A stretch of DNA of 64,000 nucleotides from assembly GCA_937975235.1 (NCBI GenBank), contig CALJUZ010000131.1, positions 23,821-87,820 of the forward strand, given 5' to 3'. Under the pieces are notes generated by a model. It had not been told where the DNA came from, made no database searches, and worked only from the letters and a program-made list of their open reading frames with translations. The translations under genes were made by a program, and so were the position numbers. How positions within the stretch are numbered: position 1 is the first letter of the stretch; the number at the start of each line of letters is the position of its first letter. This document shows positions 56,108 through 64,000 of this stretch, piece by piece. This DNA is from an uncultured Bacillota bacterium (GTDB lineage: Bacteria > Bacillota > Limnochordia > Limnochordales > ZCTH02-B6).

Positions 56108-56977
56108 TTATGTTCCACGTGGAACAATCAACTCCAACAAGCGCCCGATATCCTCTTGGTCGTAAAACTCAATGACGATGCGCCCGCCCTTGCCCTGCGG
56201 CTGTACCTTCACTTTCGTCCCCAGCGCCTCGGACAGCCGCTCCTCAAAATCCAGCCAGACGGGATCCCGCGGCGCCCGGCCCGACGCGGCCACCCGCCGC
56301 CGGGGCGGCTTGTCGGGGCCCGCCGCCAGGCCGCGTACCAGCTCTTCGGTTTGCCGCACCGTCAGCTGTTCCGACAGCACCCGCTGCAGCACCGCCTGCC
56401 GCTGCACCGGGTTGGTGACGCCCAAGAGTACCTTGGCATGGCCCACACTGAGCTCGCCGCTGCTGATCAGCGCCTGCACGCTTTCCGGCAGTGTCAGCAG
56501 CCGCAGGCTGTTGGCCACCGCCGATCGGCTGCGCCCCACTTGCGCGGCCACTTCCTCCTGGGTCATGTTCAGTTCCAGCAGTCGTTTGAAGGCTTTGGCC
56601 TCTTCGATGGGGTTCAGGTCTTCGCGCTGCAAGTTCTCCACCAGCGCGACGACGGCCGCCTCCTGGTCCGTCATGGTGCGCACCACCGACGGAATTTCCG
56701 TCAGGCCCGCCTGCTGCGCGGCCCGCCAGCGGCGCTCGCCCACCACCAGCTCGTAACGGCTGTCCACGGGCCGCACGATGATGGGCTCCAGCACCCCGTG
56801 GGTGCGGATGGACTCGGCCAGCTCCGCCAGGGCCTTGGGATCCATCTCCCGGCGGGGCTGGTACGGGTTGGGGTCGATTTGATCGACGGGCACCAGCCGG
56901 GCGTCCAGCGTCGCTTCCGCGTCCACCGGCAGCAGCGAGCCCAGGCCGCGGCCCAGCCCCCGCCTGCGACGGCTCAT
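56108..56977 (-). CDS. parB: chromosome partitioning protein ParB/Spo0J
   Basis: [12 protein letters not shown]...[13 protein letters not shown]...[10 protein letters not shown]...[13 protein letters not shown]...[27 protein letters not shown]. Confidence 0.93.
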   Translation of the reverse strand: MSRRRRGLGRGLGSLLPVDAEATLDARLVPVDQIDPNPYQPRREMDPKALAELAESIRTHGVLEPIIVRPVDSRYELVVGERRWRAAQQAGLTEIPSVVRTMTDQEAAVVALVENLQREDLNPIEEAKAFKRLLELNMTQEEVAAQVGRSRSAVANSLRLLTLPESVQALISSGELSVGHAKVLLGVTNPVQRQAVLQRVLSEQLTVRQTEELVRGLAAGPDKPPRRRVAASGRAPRDPVWLDFEERLSEALGTKVKVQPQGKGGRIVIEFYDQEDIGRLLELIVPRGT

Positions 56978-57765
56978 CCCGCCTTCACCTCCCGGGCCAG
57001 CTCCTCATAGGCCTGCGCCCCCCGCGAGCGCGGGTCGTACAAGACGATGGGCTGGCCGAAACTGGGCGCCTCGCTCAGGCGCACGTTCCTCGGAATGATC
57101 GCGGAAAACACCCGCACCTCCTCCGGGATGTAGCGCCGCGCTTCGGCCGAAGAGAAAAAGGCCCGCACGTCTTCGATGACTTGCTGCCCCAGATTGGTGC
57201 GGGCGTCGTACATGGTCATGAGGACCCCTTCGACCCGCAGGTCCGGATTCAGGTGGTCGCGCACCAGCTTCAGCGTGCGCACCAGCTGGCTCAGCCCCTC
57301 CAGCGCGTAATACTCGCACTGGATGGGCACCAGCGCCGAATCCGCGGCCGTCAGGCTGTTGAGCGTCAAAAGGCCCAAGGACGGCGGCGAATCGATAATG
57401 ACGTAATCGTACGCGTCCCGCGCGGGCTCCAGCATGCGGCGCAGGCGGAACTCCCGGGACATGGCCGTCACCAGCTCGATCTCGGCCCCGGCCAGCTCGA
57501 TGGTGGCCGGCGCGACGGAGAGCGTCTTGATCTCCGTCCCCTGGCACACTTCGGCCAGCGGCACCTCGTGCACCAGCACGTCGTACATGCACTGGTCCAG
57601 CGCCGCCTTGTCCACGCCCACGCCGCTGGTCGCGTTGCCCTGGGGATCGAGGTCAATCAGGAGAACCCGCGCGCCGTCGACGGCCAAATACGCGGCCAAG
57701 TTCACCGCGGTGGTGCTCTTCCCCACGCCGCCCTTTTGATTCACGATCGCGATGACCCGTGCCAT
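56974..57765 (-). CDS. soj: chromosome partitioning ATPase ParA/Soj
   Basis: [28 protein letters not shown]...DLDPQGNAT...[12 protein letters not shown] 57765 lies 5 nt after GGAGTGG. Confidence 0.93.
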   Translation of the reverse strand: MARVIAIVNQKGGVGKSTTAVNLAAYLAVDGARVLLIDLDPQGNATSGVGVDKAALDQCMYDVLVHEVPLAEVCQGTEIKTLSVAPATIELAGAEIELVTAMSREFRLRRMLEPARDAYDYVIIDSPPSLGLLTLNSLTAADSALVPIQCEYYALEGLSQLVRTLKLVRDHLNPDLRVEGVLMTMYDARTNLGQQVIEDVRAFFSSAEARRYIPEEVRVFSAIIPRNVRLSEAPSFGQPIVLYDPRSRGAQAYEELAREVKAG

Positions 57766-57776
57766 GGAACCCACTC

Positions 57777-58685
57777 CTACTCCTTCACACGGCGCACGGT
57801 CAGCCGAATCTCCCAGCTGTCGGCGGAGGCATCCGAATCCACCGCCTCTTCCACCTCGACTTTAAGGCCCGTCCGCTCCATGTCCTTGACGACCGACAGG
57901 ATGCTGTTGCGAAAAAGGCGCATGTCCTTGAACACCCGCACGACGCGGCGGCTCGGCCGGGCCGGCCGCTCTTCGTCGCCGCTGCCGGGCAAGTGCCGCT
58001 CCACCCGCCGCTCCAGCTCCTGCACCGTCCAGCCCCGCGCCTCGGCCTCCTCGGCCAGTTTCACCTGCAGCTCTGGGTCCTCCAGGCGCAGCAGGGCCCG
58101 CGCGTGACGCTCCGTCAGGGCCTGCCGCACCACCCGCTCCTGCACCGGCTCGGGCAGGCGCAGCAGGCGTAGCTTGTTGGCGATGGTGCTTTGGCTCTTG
58201 CCCACCCGCCGGGCCAGCTCGCCCTGGGTCCAGTTGAACCGCTCCAGCAGCTTGCGGTAGCCTTCGGCTTCTTCCACCGCGCTCAAGTCTTCGCGCTGCA
58301 GGTTCTCGATCATAGCCAGCGCGGCGGCTTCCTCGTCGGTCAGCTCCCGCACGATGGCCGGAATGTCGGTCCATCCCAAAAGACGGCCGGCCCGCCAGCG
58401 CCGCTCGCCGGTGACCAGCTCAAATCCTTCGCCCCGCGGCCGCACGACGATGGGCTGCAGCAGGCCGCTCTCCTTAATGGAAGCCGCCAGCTCCTGCAGC
58501 GCCCCTTCGTCCACCCGCATCCGGGGCTGATAGGGCGACGGCGCGATGGCGTCGATGGCGATGCGCCGGATTTGATCTTCGCCGCCGGCCGCCGCCGCAG
58601 CCGCCTCGGGCGGCGCGGGCTTCTCGTCCTTCGGCTCGCCTTCCAGGCCCGCGGCCCGGCGCCTGAGCAATCCGCCTAAACGCAA
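57777..58685 (-). CDS. noc: nucleoid occlusion protein Noc (ParB paralogue)
   Basis: ParB-box GERRWRA and the [26 protein letters not shown]. Noc-type C-terminus [30 protein letters not shown]-terminal amphipathic (M)[16 protein letters not shown] 58685 lies 4 nt after GGGGAAGG. Confidence 0.85.
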   Translation of the reverse strand: MRLGGLLRRRAAGLEGEPKDEKPAPPEAAAAAAGGEDQIRRIAIDAIAPSPYQPRMRVDEGALQELAASIKESGLLQPIVVRPRGEGFELVTGERRWRAGRLLGWTDIPAIVRELTDEEAAALAMIENLQREDLSAVEEAEGYRKLLERFNWTQGELARRVGKSQSTIANKLRLLRLPEPVQERVVRQALTERHARALLRLEDPELQVKLAEEAEARGWTVQELERRVERHLPGSGDEERPARPSRRVVRVFKDMRLFRNSILSVVKDMERTGLKVEVEEAVDSDASADSWEIRLTVRRVKE

Positions 58686-58764
58686 TGAACCTTCCCCGCT
58701 TCCTTGTGGGCAAGTGTTCTTTCTCTTCGAGGGCCGCGCCAAAGGCTCCTGCCTTGACGGCACG

Positions 58765-59427
58765 TCACCCGGCCCCGGTGCGCTCCACGATGACGATGGA
58801 CCGCCGGCCCGCGCCTTCGGGCAAAGCCAGCCGCTCCACCTTCACCAGCCGCCCGCCGCCCGCGGCCAGCGCCCCCGCGGCCTCCTTCAGCTCCTCGGCC
58901 ACGTCGGGCCCTTTCATGGCCACCAGCCGCCCGCCCGGCCGCAGCAAGGGCAAACACCAGTTCGCCAGCGCGTCCAGCTTGGCCACCGCCCGCGCGACCA
59001 CCAGGTCGAACGTGCCCGCCCACTTCGGATCGGCCGCCAGCGCCTCGGCCCGCGCGTGCACCGCCTCCACGTCGTCCCAGCCCAGAAGGCGGATGACCGA
59101 GCGCAAAAACCGCACTCGTTTCAGCGTCGAGTCGATGAGCACCAGCTGCAGGTCGGGACGGGCGATTTTCAGCGGCACCCCCGGGAAGCCCGCGCCGGTG
59201 CCCACGTCGGCCACCCGCGCCCCGGGCCCGAACACGCCCGTAGGCAGCACGCTCAGCGAATCGATGAAATGTTTGAGCGTCGCTTCCTTGTCGTCGGTAA
59301 TGCGGGTTAGATTCGTGTGACGGTTGGTCTCCAGCACCGCGGCCCAGTACGTCCGCATGGCCTGCGCCTGCTCGTCCGACAGCGGCACCCCGATTTGCGC
59401 GGCGTACTGCTGCAGTCCCTCCAGCAT
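58765..59427 (-). CDS. rsmG: 16S rRNA (guanine527-N7)-methyltransferase RsmG/GidB
   Basis: TNRHTNLTRITDDKEATLKHFIDSL...VADVGTGAGFPGVPLKI...DSTLKRVRFL...ARAV. ATG 59427 follows GAGAGGGGA. Confidence 0.92.
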   Translation of the reverse strand: MLEGLQQYAAQIGVPLSDEQAQAMRTYWAAVLETNRHTNLTRITDDKEATLKHFIDSLSVLPTGVFGPGARVADVGTGAGFPGVPLKIARPDLQLVLIDSTLKRVRFLRSVIRLLGWDDVEAVHARAEALAADPKWAGTFDLVVARAVAKLDALANWCLPLLRPGGRLVAMKGPDVAEELKEAAGALAAGGGRLVKVERLALPEGAGRRSIVIVERTGAG

Positions 59428-59453
59428 GGCTTTTCCCCTCTCGGTCCGGGTAC

Positions 59454-59483
59454 AAAAAAGCGCGGCACCTTGCGGTCCCGCGC
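59454..59483 (-). terminator. intrinsic terminator after jag
   Basis: Minus strand reads GCGCGG-GACCGCAAGGTG-CCGCGC followed by TTTTTT (59459-59454). Confidence 0.7.
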
Positions 59484-59564
59484 CCGTTGTCAACGTCTTT
59501 CCAAGGCCGTCCAGCCCCGGGGCCCTCCCCGGGCCCGCCTTAGCCGCCGGCGGCGCCGCGGGCG

Positions 59565-60377
59565 CTACGCGTCCCGCGGCACGATGACGACCCGCCGGTC
59601 CGGATCCTCTCCTTCGCTGTACGTCTCCACGCCGGGCATATCGGCCAGCGCCAGGTGAACGATGCGCCGCTCCAGCGCGTTCATGGGCTCCAGCGTCACC
59701 TTGCGCCGCTCGCGGCGGGCCTTGCCGGCCATGCGGCGGGCCAGCGCCGCCAGCGCCTCGGCCCGGCGCTCCCGGTAGCCTTCCGCGTCCAGCACGATGC
59801 GCACGCGGTGGCCGCCCGCCTTGTTGGCCACTTGATTGACCAAAAACTGCAGCGCGTCCAGCGTCTGCCCGCGGCGGCCGATGACGAGGCCCAAATCGTC
59901 GCCGGCCATGTTGATGACAACGATGTCGTCTTCGTCCATGCGCGTCTCCAGCGCCGCCTCCACGCCCATGCGCTTCAGCACCCCGGTGAGAAACTCCTCC
60001 GCCGCGGCCAGCTTGCGCTCCACCACGGCCTTCTCCTCCGCGGACAAGCGCTTGGCCGGCGCCGCGTCGGGGGGCGCCAGCGTTTCCGCCGCCTCCGGCG
60101 CGTCGGGCGCGCCGGCGCCCGCGTCCTCCCCGGCTTCCAGCGCAGCCCGGGTTTCGCTGTCCTCCGTCTCCGGCGGTTCCGCCGCCGGAGCCGGCTGCAC
60201 TCCCGGCTTCAGCTCCACCCGGACCCGGGCCCTTCTCGCGCCCAAAAGCCCGAACAGGCCTTTGCTGCCTTCTTCCAGCACCTCGATTTCGACGTCCTGA
60301 CGCGTCGCGCCGAGCTGCTTGAGGGCTTCCTGAATGGCTTCATCCACCGTGCGGCCGACTTTCTCAACGACCCGCAT
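59565..60377 (-). CDS. jag: RNA-binding protein Jag/KhpB (Jag_N, KH, R3H)
   Basis: [46 protein letters not shown]...[20 protein letters not shown]...[19 protein letters not shown] 60377 overlaps the yidC stop (ATGA). Confidence 0.9.
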   Translation of the reverse strand: MRVVEKVGRTVDEAIQEALKQLGATRQDVEIEVLEEGSKGLFGLLGARRARVRVELKPGVQPAPAAEPPETEDSETRAALEAGEDAGAGAPDAPEAAETLAPPDAAPAKRLSAEEKAVVERKLAAAEEFLTGVLKRMGVEAALETRMDEDDIVVINMAGDDLGLVIGRRGQTLDALQFLVNQVANKAGGHRVRIVLDAEGYRERRAEALAALARRMAGKARRERRKVTLEPMNALERRIVHLALADMPGVETYSEGEDPDRRVVIVPRDA

Positions 60378-61039
60378 CAGCCCGCTCCTTCTCCTTTCTT
60401 CGCAGCCGCCAGTTGCCGGTTGATCGCGTATTGCTGCGCGATGGAGAACACGTTGGTGACGACCCAGTACAGCACGAGCCCGGACGGAAACTGGGTGCTG
60501 ATGTACGTCAGGAAAATCGGCATGATCATCATCATCATGCGCTGGCTCGGGTCCGAGGTCGACGTCAGCGACATCTGGAAGTACGTCGTGAGCCCCGACA
60601 GAAGCGGCAGAATCAGATACGCGAAACTCATGCCCGCTTCGGCGGCGGAGACGGACAGGTTCCAAATGAGAAACGTCGTCTCCTCCTCGCCCACCAGGTT
60701 GGGCAGGTCCCGCAGGACGTAAAACAGCGCCCACAAGAACGGAAGCTGGACCAGGATGGGCAAGCACCCGCCCAAGGGGTTGACTTTGTGCTCCTGATAC
60801 AGCTCCAGCATCTTGCGCTGATACTCTTCCGGCTTGTTCTTGTACTTCTTCTGCAGCTCCTGCAGCTTGGGCTGCAGCTCGCGCATGGCGGCCAGCGACC
60901 TGGACTGGCTCAAAGTCAGCGGGTAGAGGGCCAGCCGGATGGCGATGGTCAGCAAAATGATGCCCATGCCCAGGCTGCCGCTGATTTGGGAGAAAAACAG
61001 GAGAATCTGTCCGAACATATCTTTCAGGAAATCAAACAA
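60377..61039 (-). CDS. yidC: membrane protein insertase YidC/SpoIIIJ
   Basis: GMGIILLTIAIRLALYPLTLSQSRS...MRELQPKLQELQKKYK...NPLGGCLPILVQLPFLWALF...GLVLYWVVTNVFSIAQQ. Confidence 0.93.
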   Translation of the reverse strand: MFDFLKDMFGQILLFFSQISGSLGMGIILLTIAIRLALYPLTLSQSRSLAAMRELQPKLQELQKKYKNKPEEYQRKMLELYQEHKVNPLGGCLPILVQLPFLWALFYVLRDLPNLVGEEETTFLIWNLSVSAAEAGMSFAYLILPLLSGLTTYFQMSLTSTSDPSQRMMMMIMPIFLTYISTQFPSGLVLYWVVTNVFSIAQQYAINRQLAAAKKGEGAG

Positions 61040-61069
61040 TCATCAGCCGCCCCCGTATCTGAAAAGCGT

Positions 61070-61282
61070 TTACTCCACCGGATCGTAGCCGCCCGGATGC
61101 CACGGGTGGCATTTGCTGATGCGCCGCACGGCCATCCAGCCCCCGCGCACGACCCCGTGCCGCTCCAGCGCCTGCACGGCGTAGGTGGAGCAGGTGGGGT
61201 AAAACCGGCAGCTCGGCGGAAACAAAGGAGAAATCGCTTTCTGGTACAGCCTGATCAGCCCGATCAGCAGCTTGCGAATCAC
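61070..61282 (-). CDS. yidD: membrane protein insertion efficiency factor YidD
   Basis: [35 protein letters not shown]...[17 protein letters not shown]. Confidence 0.93.
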   Translation of the reverse strand: MIRKLLIGLIRLYQKAISPLFPPSCRFYPTCSTYAVQALERHGVVRGGWMAVRRISKCHPWHPGGYDPVE

Positions 61283-61285
61283 GGC

Positions 61286-61645
61286 TCAGCGGGCTCCTTC
61301 TTCGGCGGCCGACGGCTGCGGCTGCAGCAGGCCGGCCCGGGACAGCAGGTCGCCGACCGCGGCTTTCACCGCGTGAAAATCGGCCTCTCGCGCGGCTGCC
61401 CGGGCGGACACCACCAGGTGAACTCCCGGGACCAGTTGAGGCGCATAATACCGCATGCTTTCACGCAGCCAGCGCTTGACCCGGTTGCGGGTCACGGCTT
61501 TGCCCAGCTTTTTGCTGACCGAAAAGCCGACACGCGTCACGCCGTCGGGTGACTTCATGGCATGCAACACCGCCAGACGGTTCCTGCGCACGCTTCCATG
61601 CCGATAGCACTGCTGGAAGTCGTGCGCCCGCTTCATCCGCTCCAA
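61286..61645 (-). CDS. rnpA: ribonuclease P protein component
   Basis: RVGFSVSKKLGKAVTRNRVKRWLRE. Start is TTG 61645 or ATG 61636. Confidence 0.9.
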   Translation of the reverse strand: MERMKRAHDFQQCYRHGSVRRNRLAVLHAMKSPDGVTRVGFSVSKKLGKAVTRNRVKRWLRESMRYYAPQLVPGVHLVVSARAAAREADFHAVKAAVGDLLSRAGLLQPQPSAAEEGAR

Positions 61646-61650
61646 CGGCT

Positions 61651-61785
61651 TTACACCGCCAGGCGATGCCGCCCCTTCGCCCGTCGACGCTTCAGCACCC
61701 GCCGGCCTCCCGGCGTGGACATTCTACGCAAAAAGCCGTGCACCCGGCGGCGCTTGCGGCGGTTCGGTTGATAGGTGCGTTTCAC
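61651..61785 (-). CDS. rpmH: 50S ribosomal protein L34 (not in the ORF track; 44 aa)
   Basis: Manual translation gives (M)[46 protein letters not shown] 61785 lies 5 nt after GGAAGGGTGA. Confidence 0.95.
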   Translation of the reverse strand: MKRTYQPNRRKRRRVHGFLRRMSTPGGRRVLKRRRAKGRHRLAV

Positions 61786-61814
61786 GTCGTTCACCCTTCC
61801 TGAAAACTGGATCG

Positions 61815-61844
61815 ATTATAGACCACGCCGGGATCGAGCGTCAA
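61815..61844 (-). promoter_or_regulatory. rpmH promoter
   Basis: Minus strand reads TTGACG (61844-61839), 18-nt spacer, TATAAT (61820-61815). Confidence 0.7.
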
Positions 61845-61880
61845 GCGCCGCACCTTCACGCAGCGCGATTTTCCCGGACG

Positions 61881-62181
61881 GGCAAAAATAATTTTGCCGC
61901 GTTCTCTGTGGATAATTATGTGGATAACGGTCCGCGGGTTTCCCACACAGTCTTGTCGCGGTCGGGAAAATCGCCCTTCTCATGGGCGCGCGGGCGCAAA
62001 AGCCCAGCTACAGGCGCTTCCAAGGGCCCGCGGCAGGTGCCAGAAATCGACGCGCGCCAGCTAGAAGCAGGTTTTCCACCGTGTGGACAACCTGTGGAAT
62101 AGCGAAAGCCCAGCTAAAGGGGGCTCAAGGCCGAAAATCGGTCAACCATGCCGTGTACGCCTGTGGACAACCTGTGGAAAG
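61881..62181. other. oriC part 1: DnaA-box cluster between rpmH and dnaA
   Basis: Perfect TGTGGATAA boxes at 61907-15 and 61919-27. One-mismatch TGTGGACAA boxes at 62082-90 and 62162-70. Weaker boxes at 61939-47, 62072-80, 62093-101 and 62173-81. AT-rich palindrome GGCAAAA-ATAA-TTTTGCC at 61881-98. Confidence 0.85.
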
Positions 62182-62319
62182 CGGTGGATGGAGGCCGGTT
62201 TGAGACCGGCAGGAGTTGCCGCCGAAAGCCCAGAATAGAAGGTTCCTACACGACCCGACGACCAACCCGCGCGCGAAGGAGGCAGCGCAGGCCCCTGCTG
62301 TGTTGTGCCTGCACACCCC

Positions 62320-63729
62320 ATGATCGAGCAGTTGACACCCCTGTGGTCCGAGGCGGTCCGAAAACTCGTCAGAGATTCCAATGACGACAGTCTCGCCGCG
62401 TGGATGAAGGAAGCGCGGCCCGTCTCCGTCGACGACGACTGCCTCATCGTCCAAGTGCCGAACAAATTTACCCGCGACTGGGTGAGCATGCGCTACGGCG
62501 CGGCCCTCCGCAGCACGCTGGAACAGTTGTCCGGGCGTATGCGAGACGTCCGCTTCGTGCTGCCCGACGCGGCCCCGGTTCCGGCCCCGCGAGAGGCGTC
62601 TCCCGCGGGCGCGCCCGCGGCGCCTTCACCCGCCGTGCCGGCGCCACAGGCCCCAAACCCGGCCGCCGCGCGGGCCGCCGCGGTGCTGAACGATCCGCAG
62701 CCGCTGGTGCTGAACCCCCGGTATACGTTCGAGACGTTCGTCGTGGGGCCCAGCAACCGCTTCGCCCACGCGGCGTGCCTGGCGGTGGCGGAAGCGCCGG
62801 CGGAGGCGTACAACCCGCTGTTCATCTACGGCGGCGTGGGCCTGGGCAAGACCCACCTGATGCAGGCCATCGCGCACCACAGCCTGGTCAACTATCCCAT
62901 GCGGCGCATCGTGTACGTCTCTTCCGAGACGTTTACCAACGAGCTCATCAACGCGCTGCAGCACAAGGCCATGCCGGCGTTCCGGGCCAAGTACCGGTCG
63001 GTGGACATTTTGCTCATCGACGACATTCAGTTCATCGCCGGGAAGGAAAGCACCCAGGAGGAATTTTTCCATACATTTAATGCGCTGTTCGAAGTGAACA
63101 AACAGATCGTCATCTCCAGCGACCGGCCGCCGCGGGAGATCCCGCACCTGGAGGAGCGGCTGCGTTCCCGCTTTGAATGGGGCCTGGCCGCGGACATTCA
63201 GGCGCCCGACTTCGAGACCCGTACTGCAATTATTCGGAAAAAAGCCGCCGACGAAGGTCTGCAGGTGTCGCAGGACGTTTTGACCTACATCGCCGAGCAG
63301 GCCCGCTCCAACATCCGGGAGCTGGAAGGGGCGCTGACCCGGGTGGTGGCCTACGCCCGCACCGTCGGATCGCCGCTGACGGTGGAGCTGGCCGCGGAGG
63401 CGCTGAAAGACTTCATCGCCGCGCAGCGGCCGCAGCCGGTGTCCATCGCCAAAATCCAGGACTGCGTGGCCCGCTATTTCGGCCTGCGTCCGGCGGATCT
63501 CATCTCGCGCTCCCGCTCGCGCAACATCGCGTTTCCGCGGCAGATCGCCATGTACTTGGCCCGCACCATGACCGACTTGTCGCTGCCGGCCATCGGCGAG
63601 GAATTCGGCGGCCGCGACCACACCACCGTGCTGCACGGGTACGAAAAGGTGCGGGAGCAGATGGCGGCCGACCGCGCGTTGGCGGCCACGGTGGAGGAGC
63701 TCAAGCAGCTCATCTCGAACAGTGGATAG
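62320..63729 (+). CDS. dnaA: chromosomal replication initiator protein DnaA
   Basis: The N-terminus MIEQLTPLWSEAVRKL...VPNKFTRDWVSMRY aligns with Bacillus DnaA. AAA+ motif LFIYGGVGLGKTHL. Box VII and sensor motifs. C-terminal HTH IAMYLARTMTDLSLPAIGEEFGGRDHTTVLH. The GTG at 62305 is an alternative start. Confidence 0.95.
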   Translation: MIEQLTPLWSEAVRKLVRDSNDDSLAAWMKEARPVSVDDDCLIVQVPNKFTRDWVSMRYGAALRSTLEQLSGRMRDVRFVLPDAAPVPAPREASPAGAPAAPSPAVPAPQAPNPAAARAAAVLNDPQPLVLNPRYTFETFVVGPSNRFAHAACLAVAEAPAEAYNPLFIYGGVGLGKTHLMQAIAHHSLVNYPMRRIVYVSSETFTNELINALQHKAMPAFRAKYRSVDILLIDDIQFIAGKESTQEEFFHTFNALFEVNKQIVISSDRPPREIPHLEERLRSRFEWGLAADIQAPDFETRTAIIRKKAADEGLQVSQDVLTYIAEQARSNIRELEGALTRVVAYARTVGSPLTVELAAEALKDFIAAQRPQPVSIAKIQDCVARYFGLRPADLISRSRSRNIAFPRQIAMYLARTMTDLSLPAIGEEFGGRDHTTVLHGYEKVREQMAADRALAATVEELKQLISNSG

Positions 63730-63804
63730 GGCTGTGCATTTCCTGGGCACAGTCTTGGGAAGGCCCGTGCACGGCGCGGGACAAGACGGGCCCGCGGGGG
63801 ACAA

Positions 63805-63952
63805 TGTGGACAGCGCGCGCGGGCGGCTCCACACGTTGTCCCCACCGCGAAAGGGCGCAGTGGCGGGCTTTGCGCGGGATATCCCCGCCATGCACACCGC
63901 CTACTGATACGACGACGACCAACAAAATCCGATTAATTTCTTAGAAGTTCTA
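63805..63952. other. oriC part 2 (dnaA-dnaN spacer): degenerate DnaA boxes and a short AT-rich stretch (candidate unwinding element)
   Basis: TGTGGACAG at 63805-13 and TTGTCCCCA at 63836-44. AT-rich AACAAAATCCGATTAATTTCTTAGAAGTTCTAA at about 63921-52. Confidence 0.45.
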
Positions 63953-63967
63953 AGGAGTGCGTGGGCG

Positions 63968-64000
63968 ATGCGTTTTGCGTGCAACCGTGAGCAGCTGGCC
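63968..64000 (+). CDS. dnaN: DNA polymerase III beta subunit, 5' end (runs off the window)
   Basis: MRFACNREQLA... begins 10 nt after AGGAG, in the position directly after dnaA. Only 11 codons are visible. Confidence 0.7.
   Translation, partial: MRFACNREQLA

Overview
By eye the window is very GC-rich, roughly 70% (not computed). It is the origin-proximal part of an endospore-forming Firmicute-type chromosome. It looks like a Symbiobacterium/Thermaerobacter/Limnochorda-type high-GC lineage, but I cannot verify the organism. Almost all genes from 1 to 61785 are on the minus strand. The strand switches at the rpmH | oriC (DnaA-box cluster) | dnaA-dnaN junction at 61.8-64.0 kb. Two conserved Bacillus-type syntenic blocks are joined here. 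The first is yabR-divIC-yabQ-yabP-spoIID-(hup, mazG)-spoVT-mfd-pth-ctc-prs-glmU...purR-ispE...veg-rsmA-yabE. The second is dnaB...rplI-yybS-rpsR-ssb-rpsF...parB-soj-noc-rsmG-jag-yidC-yidD-rnpA-rpmH. Housekeeping operons are interspersed: gcvT-H-PA-PB, sucCD, pheA, aroE, ddl and rpsD. There is also one tRNA-Gln and several near-consensus sigma-A promoters and intrinsic terminators. I found no obvious defence island, CRISPR array, prophage or IS element. Six items seem most worth a second look. (1) A roughly 690-bp non-coding, lower-GC island between gcvPB and pheA holds an 18-bp tandem array and two 156-bp units bounded by inverted 17-nt hairpin motifs (BIME/MITE-like). (2) A Cys-rich DUF3795-like protein carries a Gly/Cys tail. 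(3) A large membrane protein of unknown function lies next to it. (4) A module of a ParA/MinD-like ATPase with an N-terminal extension, an M23 peptidase and a bactofilin sits directly downstream of soj-spo0J. (5) A SipL-like / degenerate GH18-like / serine protease cluster occupies the place where yabG is expected. (6) Several normally conserved genes are missing from their usual positions (mnmE/mnmG, gdpP, spoVG/yabJ). All calls come from reading the translations and sequence; no searches were run.
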